A stretch of DNA of 64,000 nucleotides, taken from contig OX597816.1 of NCBI GenBank assembly GCA_951406725.2, positions 144,274,001 to 144,338,000 of the forward strand, in the 5' to 3' direction. Shown in pieces: positions 1-11,898 of the stretch (the first letter of the stretch is position 1; each line of letters opens with the position of its first letter). The notes below the pieces were generated by a model. The model did not search any database, was not told the origin of the DNA, and saw only the letters and a program-made list of their open reading frames with translations. This DNA is from Octopus vulgaris. Lineage: Eukaryota. The translations under genes and the position numbers were made by a program.

Positions 1-435
1 ACCCAGTTGTCTGCATCAAATAATCTCCCCACATCTGTCTGCTTCTATATGGGCTATTTTTATGCACGGTCTCTTATAATTACATAGATTAATATGAAAG
101 CATTTACAAATGGCGACTCCATCAACGATATCAACTCCTAACAGAGCGAAGACATTTCTATACAAATTATATTAACTGTCTGCTTATCTAGTCAATTTGT
201 TGCTAATTAGGAAGCATGTGATGAAAAGTGCTCCAGCCTTGACGTTTCCATAAATGTATCTAGGACTACATTACCCAGCCTATCCTTCCTGTAATTTGAA
301 CCACCTACGCTAATTAATGTTTAAGCATACCACCTTGCTAGCAAATTATCGTAAACATTTGTATGTCAAAATTGAATTTTTATACTTCTTAAGAATGGTA
401 CCGATTCTGTGATTATTTCTTTTACGTACAGGTGG

Positions 436-498
<63 letters not shown>

Positions 499-2262
499 TG
501 CGTATGCGTATGTGTGTGTAAGTAGATATATTATACACACATGTTGTATAATTTATGTCGTGTCTATTTCTTTTTCTTCCACTTTTGCTTTTATTTTTTA
601 CTTTTCGTTGATAAAGATTATAATTAAGGTTATATCTTCTTTTATTCTTTTCCTTTCGTGTATTTATTTTCGTTGTACGTATTCTCTGAACGTTAGTGTT
701 TCGTTCTAAATTTCTACTCTTTTTTTTTTTGTCACAAAGGTATTTTACTTGTCTAACTTCATATATTGATCATTAACGTTGCTATTATGTTAAACTGTCG
801 TATGTCCAGATTTGGCCAAATGCGTTTTTTCAATATTTATTTTTGCTCGCAATAGCCGGTTCTTTTGGTCAAACTATCGTATCTCCAGCTCCTTCAGATG
901 CCAAGATATCAAAAATTGTCAAAGTGTAGTACAACAGTTTTGTTATGGAATGATGAAACTGTTTTTTCGTTTTCTGAAAAAGCAAGGTTTTGAACTTACG
1001 ACACTTTTGCATAATAGCAAAGATTTGTTTGTCTTCTCCTTGTCTCAAATATTTCTCGCTTTACTTGTGTACTTTTGTTTATGTTTATACACTCATACAC
1101 ATACATATACACATACATATACATACATACAAACATACATACATGCATGCATACATGCATACATACATACATACATACATACATACATACATACATACAT
1201 ACATACATACATACATACATGCATGCATACATGCATACATACATGCACACATATATATATTTAATATAGACAGTAGTGTGCAATATTTTACCAAAAAGAA
1301 AAACTATAATTGTCACTAAATATGACTAGGGTGTTAGGAACACCTACCTTGCTAGAAATAAGAGCTAAAATACTCTAATACTGAGTTCAAAGCACAGAAT
1401 TGTATACATATATATACTGAGAGAGAAAGCTTATTGATTGGAGATAACTGGACAGTTGTTAAGTAGTATTCATGTTCGAATATGCATCATCAGTACGACA
1501 ATTGTCCTACCTTATCTCCATTACCCAAGGGACTTAGACATGTATAAAAAAAACCCTTCTTTTTTATGTCTAAGTCACATTATACATATATATATTCTTT
1601 GTATTTCTCGTATTTAATATACTTTATATATTGATCTGTCTAAGTTGCTTATCCTTACATTTACTTCTATACCCGCTCAAGTTTAAATCTCTTGAGCACT
1701 ACTAAGTGTATTCTATACGAAGAAAATGTGGATCTCATCTATGAACAGCTATGTGTACAGCTAGATGTACGACTGCTACTGGTGAATTTAGACATCTACC
1801 CAGAGTATAAGGATCCAATCAACGTCCAGTAAAGTGATATGGTCACAACTGTATTTAATAGTGTTACCGCTTATGATATACAGAGCAAATATAAGAAAAA
1901 GTATGAGAAATACAAGATGTGCTATATGCCATTTGCTCCTACGTTTCGCCATTGTGGATATTTGCATCCTGTGCAGTAGCTGTTCATATTGCCATTGGAT
2001 GCAAATGCACAATGGTCCTTCAGAAGAACATTTTATAATAGTCTGTTTACTCAGATCAAATACTTCATTTGATTATTTGTGTATGGCACAAGAGAGCAAG
2101 TTTCTGGTTGCTCAATTAAAACTGTGCCGATAGTTATTAAGAAAAGAAAGAGTCAAACTGAAGAAGAGGATTATTTAAGATTGTCTCCGCTGCTTTTGTG
2201 ACACTGAAGGTGAAAGCCACGGGTCACTGTTTATGAATCAGAGAATAGAAAAGGCACACACA

Positions 2263-2334
<72 letters not shown>

Positions 2335-2371
2335 CACACATCCATGCGGCCAGCAAGCAATACACGAATGT

Positions 2372-2413
<42 letters not shown>

Positions 2414-2479
2414 ATGAGAGAGAGAAAGAGAGACAGAGAGAAACTGAGAAAAAGAAAGAGAGAGAGAGAAAGAAATAAA

Positions 2480-2629
2480 CATTGGGGTGGGGAAGAGAGT
2501 GGAGCTTTGGATGGATTTGAGCTGGTTTAGAACACTGTCTGAAGATGTCATAAGAGACACTTTCTGGACCATTTGCTTTACTTGACTAGAACGATCGGAA
2601 AAGCTTTCGTACTTGTCGACTGTGTTGGG
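2480..2629 (-). CDS. Possible downstream exon PNTVDKYESFSDRSSQVKQMVQKVSLMTSSDSVLNQLKSIQSSTLFPTP (3' boundary uncertain)
   Basis: Acceptor-like ttttacactttgtctatag|CCC; the phase-0 frame is open and protein-like for about 50 codons. No clear donor; the frame then runs into microsatellites and stops at 2231. Confidence 0.3.
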
Positions 2630-3715
2630 CTATAGACAAAGTGTAAAATGAGAGTTTGAAAGGAGTTCATTTTGTGTGTGTAGTGTAGAGGTGGTAGCAA
2701 AGCTAGTAGAAAAATGTCTTTTGTTTCAGTAAAAGTACTATTTACAGAGCCATCTTGTCGGAGGGGAAGGAAAGATGAGTAGGAGTCTGTAGGAACTGCT
2801 TGTGCTTAAAAAAATATTCGGACAATAGCAGATCTAGGTGCGCAAAGGGGAATGGAGGAATGACAAGGGATACTTTGATCAAGAATAACTAAGTGCTTGC
2901 TGATGCCCTGGCGAGAGGCGGCGTGAGTGTAAGACTAATGATTTATGTAAGTGAAGACATTACCGTTCAGTGTGGTGTCAACGTTCTCAACCCCGCATGA
3001 TAAAATGTATAGTCATATAATCTATTGACTTTGAGCGTGAATAAAACCACACATTTTGCATCCCGCTTCAGTGGGATTTATATAGAACATCAAAAGATAT
3101 ACCTAGATACTGCAACGTATTTGTTTAAGAAATGCTTTTATTAAATGCAGTAAAACCAAATATATAAATATTTGGTAACACATTTCCTTCTCTCCTTCTC
3201 TGTATCTCTCTTTGTATCTATAGCAATTTATTTCTCTCTTGTTATTTTTTTACCTTCCTTATCTGTAAGAGATACGCTGATTCTATATGAATTCTGAGAT
3301 ATACTTTTAGATAAGAAAAAGAAGATATCTGAAGCAAAATGCTAAATGGAAAATGTGAAAGTAATGGTAAAATTAACATAATTAAGTTCGAAATTATTTA
3401 ATTATAGTTATCTCAAATATATTTGTTATTACAATAAGAATTATGCGTATTAAGTTTTCCTGAAGAAACAATATACGCATATATATTTAAATTACAAAAA
3501 TCTGTCATTACCTATTTTTATTTTGGTTTATTAATCATAACTGTAACAAAATTATGAGTAACACGTTTAAACATTAATATAGATTAACACCTTCAATTGG
3601 TAAACTACCAGGTTACATAAATACATACATACATACATACAAGCATACATACATACATACATACATACATAAATACATACATACACACATACACACATAC
3701 ATACATACACACATA

Positions 3716-3746
<31 letters not shown>

Positions 3747-3751
3747 ATATG

Positions 3752-3807
<56 letters not shown>

Positions 3808-4085
3808 AAGAGAGAGAAAGAGAGAAAGAGATAGATAGATAGATAGATAGATATAGATATATACATGCGTTGACGAATGTGAAAGAGTGTATGTAACATA
3901 TATATTTTATAATTCCGCTTTGCCATAGCAAAACCAATAACCAGTCGTTAGAACACATGATACTTATAATGCACAATACTACTAGGCTCTGGCAGCGAGG
4001 TAGTGTGAATTTACTGATATCCTTTGCTCCGGAATCATATGTAAGCCAGATGATCAGTACAGAGCATAATATTAATTATAAATAA

Positions 4086-4260
4086 GGTGGAGAGCTGGCA
4101 GAATCGTTAGTACGCCAGGCAAAATACTTAGCGGCATTTCGCCCGTCTCTTCGTTCTGAGTTCAAATTCTGTCGAGGTCGACTTTGCCTTTCATGTTTTC
4201 GGGTAGGATAAACTAAGTACCAGTTGAGTACGGGAGTCTATGTAATTGCTGGCCTTGTGC
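4086..4260 (+). mobile_element. tRNA-derived SINE family A
   Basis: Head gagctggcagaatcgttag, B box gagttcaaattc, core gtcgactttgcctttcat...taagtaccag; matches many other copies in the window. Confidence 0.85.
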
Positions 4261-4299
4261 CAGCAATTACATAGACTCTCCAAAGACTCTCCATAGACC

Positions 4300-5805
4300 C
4301 TCCAAAGAGTGCACCATTGGCTGCAACTGTCTGACTTCTGCCCTTTAAAAAGTCATGCAGCCACTCTCCCAGTTTCCCAGTGATACCAAGGTCACGCAGT
4401 TTGTGATATGTCATCTCATGATCAATTTTGTGAAAGTTGGCAATGTCGAGATATATCCCCTTCACATTTGAGTGGTTGAACTGCTGTTTCAGTACCCAGT
4501 CATAATGCTGTATCAACCGTATTAGGACAATTAGCCCTATAGGACAATTCCCTCGACGACAACAACCCCCTAGGAAATTACCCCATCTGTTTTCCTCAGG
4601 AGTAATTGTCCTGGTGGGGGGAATTATTGTCCACGATGTGTGTGTGTGTGTGTGTGTGGGGGGGTAATTGTCCTAGACTCGTAGCGACTGTGTGAAGCAG
4701 CTCCTTCCTGGACGGAAGTCATGTTGTGTGTTTGCGCGAGCAAGTTATTTTCTTCCAGGAACGTGATCAGCCACCTTCTGACAATGCGTTCCATAACTTT
4801 GCTAGTGTGTGAAGTCAGAGAGATAGGTCTGTAATTTTTAGCATCTCAGTTTGTGTTTTATTATATTTTCTTTTAACATTTTGGGGAGTTTACCACACGT
4901 AAGGAAACTATGAAAAAGTATCTGCTGTGGTTTTGCAAGAATTTTCCCGCATGTTTTTAGAAGAACAGTCGGGAATCCATCTGGGCCCGTTGTTGAGTTC
5001 GAGTTAATCTCAATGATGGCTGATATTACATCTTCCTCTTTTATGCCGATGTAATCGATGGTTGCCTTTTCTCCATGTAGATTTGCAGTGATGAAAAACT
5101 CATCAGGCTCGTTTATTTGCATATTTCCCAGTGGAGAGGTGAGAATACTTTGGAATTGCTTACTTAGCACTTCATTTATCCTCCTGGGGTTTGCAATTCG
5201 TGAGCCGTCTTCGTCAAAGAGTGTCCCTATCTTTTAGTGCACCGAGGCAGATTCTTTCACAAAGTTGTAGAAGGATTTAAGATTCATTTTTATATTTTCC
5301 ACTGCCCTAGTTTTTCTTTCTACCCTTTCCGTTTCATGGGGGAATCTGAGTTCATTTTCGATATCTGAGAATGCCTCTTTGAGGAGGGATTTCTCGTTGT
5401 CATTAATTTGTTTATTTAAGTGATTGGAAATCTTCACTCTTCTGTCTCAGAGAATGTTTTTTTATGTAATAGTTCTCTTTTCTAGGACAAATTTAATATA
5501 TATGACTCGCATTATTGACATGTATTCTTTTTATATCAATGTCTTGCATAGAAAGACATTTAAGCCAATTTTGCTGGAGTAGCTGTTTTTCAATTGATTT
5601 CCAGTAAAATTCAAACTGGATAGAGTTTGGGTACCATCTCTATAGAATACATTTTTGATTAATTTTGGACCATACATCGTCATTTCTATCATGTTGTGCT
5701 CTGAGAAAATTATTGGTGATATCTTTGCAATGTGGTTAGGTTCTATGTTGTTCAAGCAGGAATCTAAGATGTTATTGCATCTGGTTGGGGAGAGTATGGT
5801 TTGAT
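4300..5805 (-). mobile_element. Decayed CR1-like LINE ORF2 (endonuclease end and N-half of RT), interrupted by a MITE
   Basis: Fragments read STTGPDGFPTVLLKTCGKILAKP, NYRPISLTSHTSKVMERIV, GRSCFTQLIQHYD and IYLD...KIDH...KLRDLGITGKLGEWLHDFLKGRSQTVAANG; frameshifts and stops present. Confidence 0.9.
4518..4680. mobile_element. MITE / non-autonomous DNA transposon with GGACAATT subterminal repeats and a degenerate 8-bp TSD
   Basis: TAGGACAATT repeats at the left end and AATTGTCC repeats at the right end. Flanks gtatcaac (4510-4517) and gtagcgac (4681-4688). Removing the insert restores the RT frame CFTQLIQHYDW. Confidence 0.75.
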
Positions 5806-5809
5806 CCAT

Positions 5810-6026
5810 GAATGTATGTATGTATGTATGTATGTATGTATGTATGTATGTATGTATGTATGTATGTTTGTATGTATGTATGTATGTATGTATGTATGTA
5901 TGTATGTATGTATGTATGTATGTATGTATGTATGTATGTATGTATGTATGTATGTATGTATGTGTATGTAGGTATGTATGTATGTATGCATGTATGTATG
6001 TATGTTTGTATGTATGTATGTATGTA

Positions 6027-6058
<32 letters not shown>

Positions 6059-6120
6059 CATGCGTGCATATGTGCATGTATGTATATATGTATGCATGTA
6101 TGCGTATATGTGTGCGTGTA
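5810..6120. repeat. (TATG)n compound microsatellite, representative of dozens of CA, TA, GA, TATG, TATC, TAA, GAA and ACT/ACC arrays across the window
   Basis: Read directly; such arrays explain most ORFs in the supplied track. Confidence 0.97.
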
Positions 6121-6462
6121 TATTTTAGTTGTTTTATAGTTGTATAGTTGTATGTTATAACTTAGACAGGAAGAAAGGGGCTGCATGCTATGGTCACATG
6201 ATCTACAGCAGACTAGAGATGATGTTACACCTGAACAAAAGTTTGTTAACTATCACAAACACAGATTTTTTAGGCTGATACGTGCGTATGTAAGGGTGGG
6301 GGAGACAACGCTGTTTTTTATTCACCTATATTACTCCCAAGAGATATTCATATAGGTACTCGTGTATTTGTCTGCGTGTGTATATGAATGCGTGTACATG
6401 TCTCCATGCATTTGCGCATATATGTATAGGTGTACGTATTTGTATATATGCATGTAAGTGTG

Positions 6463-6505
<43 letters not shown>

Positions 6506-6871
6506 AGTGTGTGATATGTGTGCGAGTGTGTGTCTGTAGGTATTTAAGCATATCTGTGTATATATCTGTATGTTTATGTATATGTATATGAAAAATGTCA
6601 GTGCTGAATGGCTGGAGATGGAAAAGAGGAAAGAGAAACATGATATAAATCTAAATATAAAAAAGAAAATAGGTGAGATGGTGATAAAAGCAGTGTTGAA
6701 AACAGTAAAAAGAAATGGAGAAAAGAGAAGTGAAGATGGGATGGGTGGGAGAGGAGCCAAAAAGAGTGAAAAGATAAATGGTTTGTTACTGATAGAGGGA
6801 TAATAAAATAAGCAAAGAAATACAAGGGAGAAGCATCAACTAAATCTGCGCCAAGTATACTGTAGTTGTGG

Positions 6872-7398
6872 AAAAGAAATGACACATTGAATAATGTAGT
6901 CCGAGATACACGACATCTAATAAATAAGAACAGAATGAGGCACCTTTGATCATAGGTACCTCAGTGCCAAGGCTGTCTCGGGCTAAATAATAACAATAAA
7001 GAAGAAAAAGAAATGACACATTGAATAATGTAGTCCGAGATACACGACATCTAATAAATAAGAACAGAATGAGGCACCTTTGATCATAGGTACCTCAGTG
7101 CCAAGGCTGCCTCGGGCTAAATAATAACAATAAAGAAGAAAAAGAAATGACACATTGAATAATGTAGTCCGAGATACACGACATCTAATAAATAAGAACA
7201 GAATGAGGCACCTTTGATCATAGGTACCTCAGTGCCAAGGCTGCCTCGGGCTAAATAATAACAATAAAGAAGAAAAAGAAATGACACATTGAATAATGTA
7301 GTCCGAGATACACGACATCTAATAAATAAGAACAGAATGAGGCACCTTTGATCATAGGTACCTCAGTGCCAAGGCTGCCTCAGGCTAAATAATAACAA
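6872..7398 (+). repeat. Tandem repeat, about 3.9 copies of 134 bp, near-identical
   Basis: gacacattgaataatgtagtccgag recurs at 6881, 7015, 7149 and 7283. The unit resembles the 3' half of a dispersed repeat (cattggataatgtagtcc...ctttgatcatagg...gggctaaa). Confidence 0.95.
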
Positions 7399-7829
7399 GC
7401 AAGAAGGAATGAAATAAATTGGGACAAAATAAATAACTAAAACAATAAAACACAAACTGAGTACTTAGAGTCATATAGGGGCTCAAAGTGCAGATGTAAA
7501 AGAACTGCTACTGCGAACTCCAAATGGCCTAGATATATCTTGAAAGCTACTCCCGACATAAAAGATAAACGCCAATGCTGACCGGACCAATTGGGGATCT
7601 AATGTACACCACCCTGTCCAGGAATTGAAACCACGAGCTCGCGATCATGTATGCAACACCCTAACTACTAGGTCTTGCTTCCTAGGGGTGAGAATATACA
7701 TATTCAGTGTAGACTGACAGAACTGTTAGAGTGCAGGATAAGATGCCTTTCTGTATTTGTATCAGCCCTCCATGGCTGGAGTTCTAAAATAAAGTACCAG
7801 TCAAGCAAGCGCTGGGGTCGATATAATCA

Positions 7830-7874
<45 letters not shown>

Positions 7875-7932
7875 TCTCTCTCTCCAGCCCTATGTCTCTG
7901 TCAGAAGCGATTATTATTATTTTTGAAGTCAA

Positions 7933-8140
7933 AGCAGCGAGTTAGTAGAATTGTTAGCACGCCGAACAAATGCTTAACGGTATTTCGTCCGTCTTTACGT
8001 CCTGAGTTCAAATTCCGCCGAGGTCGACTTTGCCTTTCATCCTTTCGGGGGTCGAAAAAATAAGTACCAGTACTAGGGTCTATGTAATTGATTAGCCTTC
8101 CCCTCCCACCAAATTTCAGGTCTTGTGTCTATAATAGAAA
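7933..8140 (+). mobile_element. SINE family A (tail type 2)
   Basis: Same head and core as other A copies; tail aaatttcaggtcttgtgtct. Confidence 0.85.
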
Positions 8141-8720
8141 GGTTTTTTACTTTTTGAAGCCGAAAATATTTACTAAGAGGCCTCAAGTTACTCTCTCACA
8201 CAGACACAGGTACGCAAGATTTTGTATAATGATACATCTCCCTTCGAAAGTTCACTAACTGAGTAGAAACGTGTATTTATTGTTTAAATCAGAGCATAAC
8301 GTAAAAGTACTAAACCAATTAAATTTTAATGTTTTGCATTATTGTATTTATGAAAAGGATTTTTTCCTGAACACAACTTCATTGTAAAGCATAAAGTGAA
8401 AATTCAAATCCAGTAGAATTGAAGTTGTTTGTTCTTTTTTTGTGCGATTTTTTGTATTTGTTTTACTCCATCAACAACAGACAAGTGTTTCGGTATCTTT
8501 ACATCGCACCAGTACGTCAAGTTTTTTTCATAGGCAGGTGTTCAGGATAAAAGTAGATTGAACAGAGGTGTAATCAAGAGATACTTTCGTCCACCAAACT
8601 GGACTTTTAGATATTTTACATATTGTTCATCTAAACTTTAATTTTTACTTTGTATAGATGAAAACATCTATTGTGCCGTAAAGGATACGTATAATATAAA
8701 CACACACACAAAAACGCATA

Positions 8721-8760
<40 letters not shown>

Positions 8761-9009
8761 ATATATATATATATATACATATAAATATACATATATATAC
8801 ACACATATATATACATATATACACACATATATATTATATATATTATGTATATTTATATATACACATATTATATATACATACATAACACATATACATACTC
8901 ACGCACCCACACACATATTTCGTTTGTAGAAGTACATAAATCCAGAGGAGAAGCACACTCTAAGATGTAGAGCAGCTAATATTATAGTGGGGTAGGCACC
9001 GGCCTGCCC

Positions 9010-9058
<49 letters not shown>

Positions 9059-9640
9059 CGCTCATTCATATATGTGCATATGTGAGTATACATACCTTAA
9101 TACACATAGACATACACACATACACACACCTTCACACACACACACCTTCACACACACACACACACACACACGAACACACACACAAAGAGACATAGATAGA
9201 TAGATAATCTCCTCAAGTAAGGAAGTTGTATGAAAAGTAGAGGAATTAAATGAAGTCAGAAAATATACTTAAACAAACACAGAAAGACCGACAATGAAAC
9301 AGGTGGGCAAAATGAAGTAGGAAAGAATGGAAAAGGTAAAAAACGGAAATAAGATCAGGGCCAAAAAAAAAAAAAAAGGGACAACTCTTGACAAGACGAT
9401 AAATTAGGTTTTTTTGAGTCTTTCTATAACACACACCACGGCTTTTACGAATTGTGTGAATGTATGTCTCTTTGGCTGTTTAGAAGTGTATGTGTGTATG
9501 TATGCACGTATATATGTGTATGTATGCTTGTGTGTGACTGTTTGTGTGAGCGTATTGTATGTATGTATGTATGTATGTATGTATGTATGTATGTATGTAT
9601 GTATGTATGTATGTATGTATGTATGTATCTATCTATCTAT

Positions 9641-9846
9641 CTTTTACTTGTTTCAGTCACTGGACCGCGACAATGCTGGAGCACCTCCTTCGAAGGTCCT
9701 TAGTTGAAAGAATCGATCTCAGTAATTACTTTTTTAAAGCCTGGTACTTAGTCTATTGGTCACTTGTTTCGAACCGTTATGTTACACGGACGTAAACAAA
9801 CCAACAAGGTTCTCAAGCAGTAATAGAGAATAAACACAAACACAAA

Positions 9847-9881
<35 letters not shown>

Positions 9882-9958
9882 GCACGCACACACACACGCA
9901 CACATAATGGGCTTCTTGCAGTTTCCGTCTACTAAATCCACTCACAAGGCTTTGGTCA
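9641..9958 (-). mobile_element. SINE family B, 5'-truncated
   Basis: Aligns to 17621-17925 (cttgtttcagtca...aaatccactcacaagg) and has the internal (CA)n. Confidence 0.8.
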
Positions 9959-10451
9959 TCTCCCCACACCCACACACTAGTTTCAAATAAGAGTCTGTAA
10001 CATTTGTATTTAGTATGCAAAATGCTTCCCTTAAGTATTTCATATCAATTATTGATAACTATAACCAATATCAATATATTACCTATATATGCATTCATGC
10101 ATGCATGCATGCATGCATACATACATACATACATACATACATACATACATACATACATACCTGTACAATATATGTATCTTACCTTCACTCACAAACATAT
10201 ACAGAGAGAATGAGAGAGTGAGAGTGAGTGAGAGAGAAAAGAGAGAAAAAGAGAGATAAGGAGAGAGACATACTTACAGATTTATATATATACTGAGCAC
10301 TCTTAGTATTGCCAGCTGAGTAGAATATATATAGCGGATGAGACTTGGTAACTGAACATATCCGTTGCTTTTATCAGATGATTAGAAAACCCAGATCCAC
10401 CCCTATTTGCATTGTTTATATTTTCCAAAAATCCCAGTGGACAGATCTTAC

Positions 10452-10466
10452 CGAATTATCTTCCAT
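10452..10466 (-). CDS. Candidate alternative first coding exon MEDNS
   Basis: Strong start context caacaaacATGG, 5 codons, donor TCG|gtaaga in phase 0. Confidence 0.27.
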
Positions 10467-10629
10467 GTTTGTTGTTTTTAGAATTTAAACATACCTAGAG
10501 AGATCATCGCCTACCAAATGCATATATAATATTATAGGAAGTTTTTCAACTCCCTATATTACCTATGTGTATTTAGTATGAAGAAGAGCGCTCCCATGAG
10601 GTATTTCCTATCTTCTACGTTTTTTTTTT

Positions 10630-11549
10630 CGTCCTTGTTTTCGTATACATTCACTGCTTTCTTCCAAGGAATGTAATGCTCTTAGCTTAGTTTTTCCTTG
10701 GGGCTGGCCAGATTGGAGCAATCTCCAGTATAACCAGCCGAAATTGCAAAGATAATCTGGAACTCGACTGAAGAAAGAAAACTCCGAATGACCCGTCCTT
10801 GTTTACTTTGTATCGTCTGTCTGAATGTTCTGTTGTCCCTTTTTTGTATCACCTAACTGTCTGGATGTTTTGCGTTCTTGACCCATTTTTATATTTTTTT
10901 AAGATATAAAAATATAGCGGCGTACGTACACTTTGGTCTCTTATATGTAAGTATATATATATATATATATATATATAAATTTTGTACGACTATTATTCTT
11001 TCTATTCTTAAATTCTTCCCTTCTTTCTATCAGCCCCTTCACACTTATTTCGTTCATTCCCCTCTTCGTTCTTTCGTTCCCCTCTCTCACATTTCCTGGC
11101 CGTCTCTTTATGCTCACCTTCCCTCTTCTGTCACTTCACTCTGTCCCCTTCATTTTTTCTCGCCCCTCCTTAATTCTTCTATCCCTCTGCGTCTACCTCT
11201 CTCTTCTCTCCCCACGTGACCGGTGTTCAGCCAAACCTGACCTTTCCTTCTTGGTTCGACTACTATCCTTGCAGCATCTATATTCTTCCCTGTGCCTGTC
11301 AAATCTTATGACCCTGCCGTTAGGCTTTACTTCTACACACCTCAGCTTAATTTAATTCGTCCTTAGTCGAAAGACAACCGTTGTTAATGTTCAGTTATTT
11401 GTATTTGTGTACCATTTCTCCATTTTTCCCGTCCTTATTTTCGAATACATCCACTGCTCTCTTCCAAGGAATCTAGTGCTCTTAGCTTAGTTTTTCCTTG
11501 GGGCTGGCCAGATTGGAGCAATCTCGAGTATAACCAGCCGAAATTGCAA
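10630..11549 (+). mobile_element. Partially tandem repeat remnant, probably Penelope-like pseudo-LTR
   Basis: A direct repeat of about 120 bp (10630-10749 and 11430-11549: gctcttagcttagtttttccttggggctggccagattggagcaatctc), next to (TA)n and a hammerhead motif. Confidence 0.5.
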
Positions 11550-11572
11550 CTCTGATCCAGTTAACTCATATC

Positions 11573-11620
11573 GTCTCTGATGAATGGATATCCATAATAT
11601 CCCAGAAACAGCTGTAAGAT
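11573..11620 (+). ncRNA. Minimal type I hammerhead ribozyme motif of a Penelope-like element
   Basis: gtct-CTGATGA-a-tggatat-ccata-atatccc-a-GAAA-cagctg-TA-agat: both core boxes, stem II, a palindromic short stem III, a GUA cleavage triplet and a tct/aga stem I. Confidence 0.7.
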
Positions 11621-11735
11621 TGCCTTTCTCTTTATAAATTCCTATAAATTCCACACAGCTTTGGTTTTGTTGTCTCATTTTATTTAACACACACACACAC
11701 ACATATGTATATAAATGTAAAAACTTATGTATGTA

Positions 11736-11898
<163 letters not shown>

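Noticed and set aside
6872-7398. CRISPR-like regular array
   Set aside because: Units are contiguous 134-bp copies with no unique spacers, no cas genes, and the context is eukaryotic.
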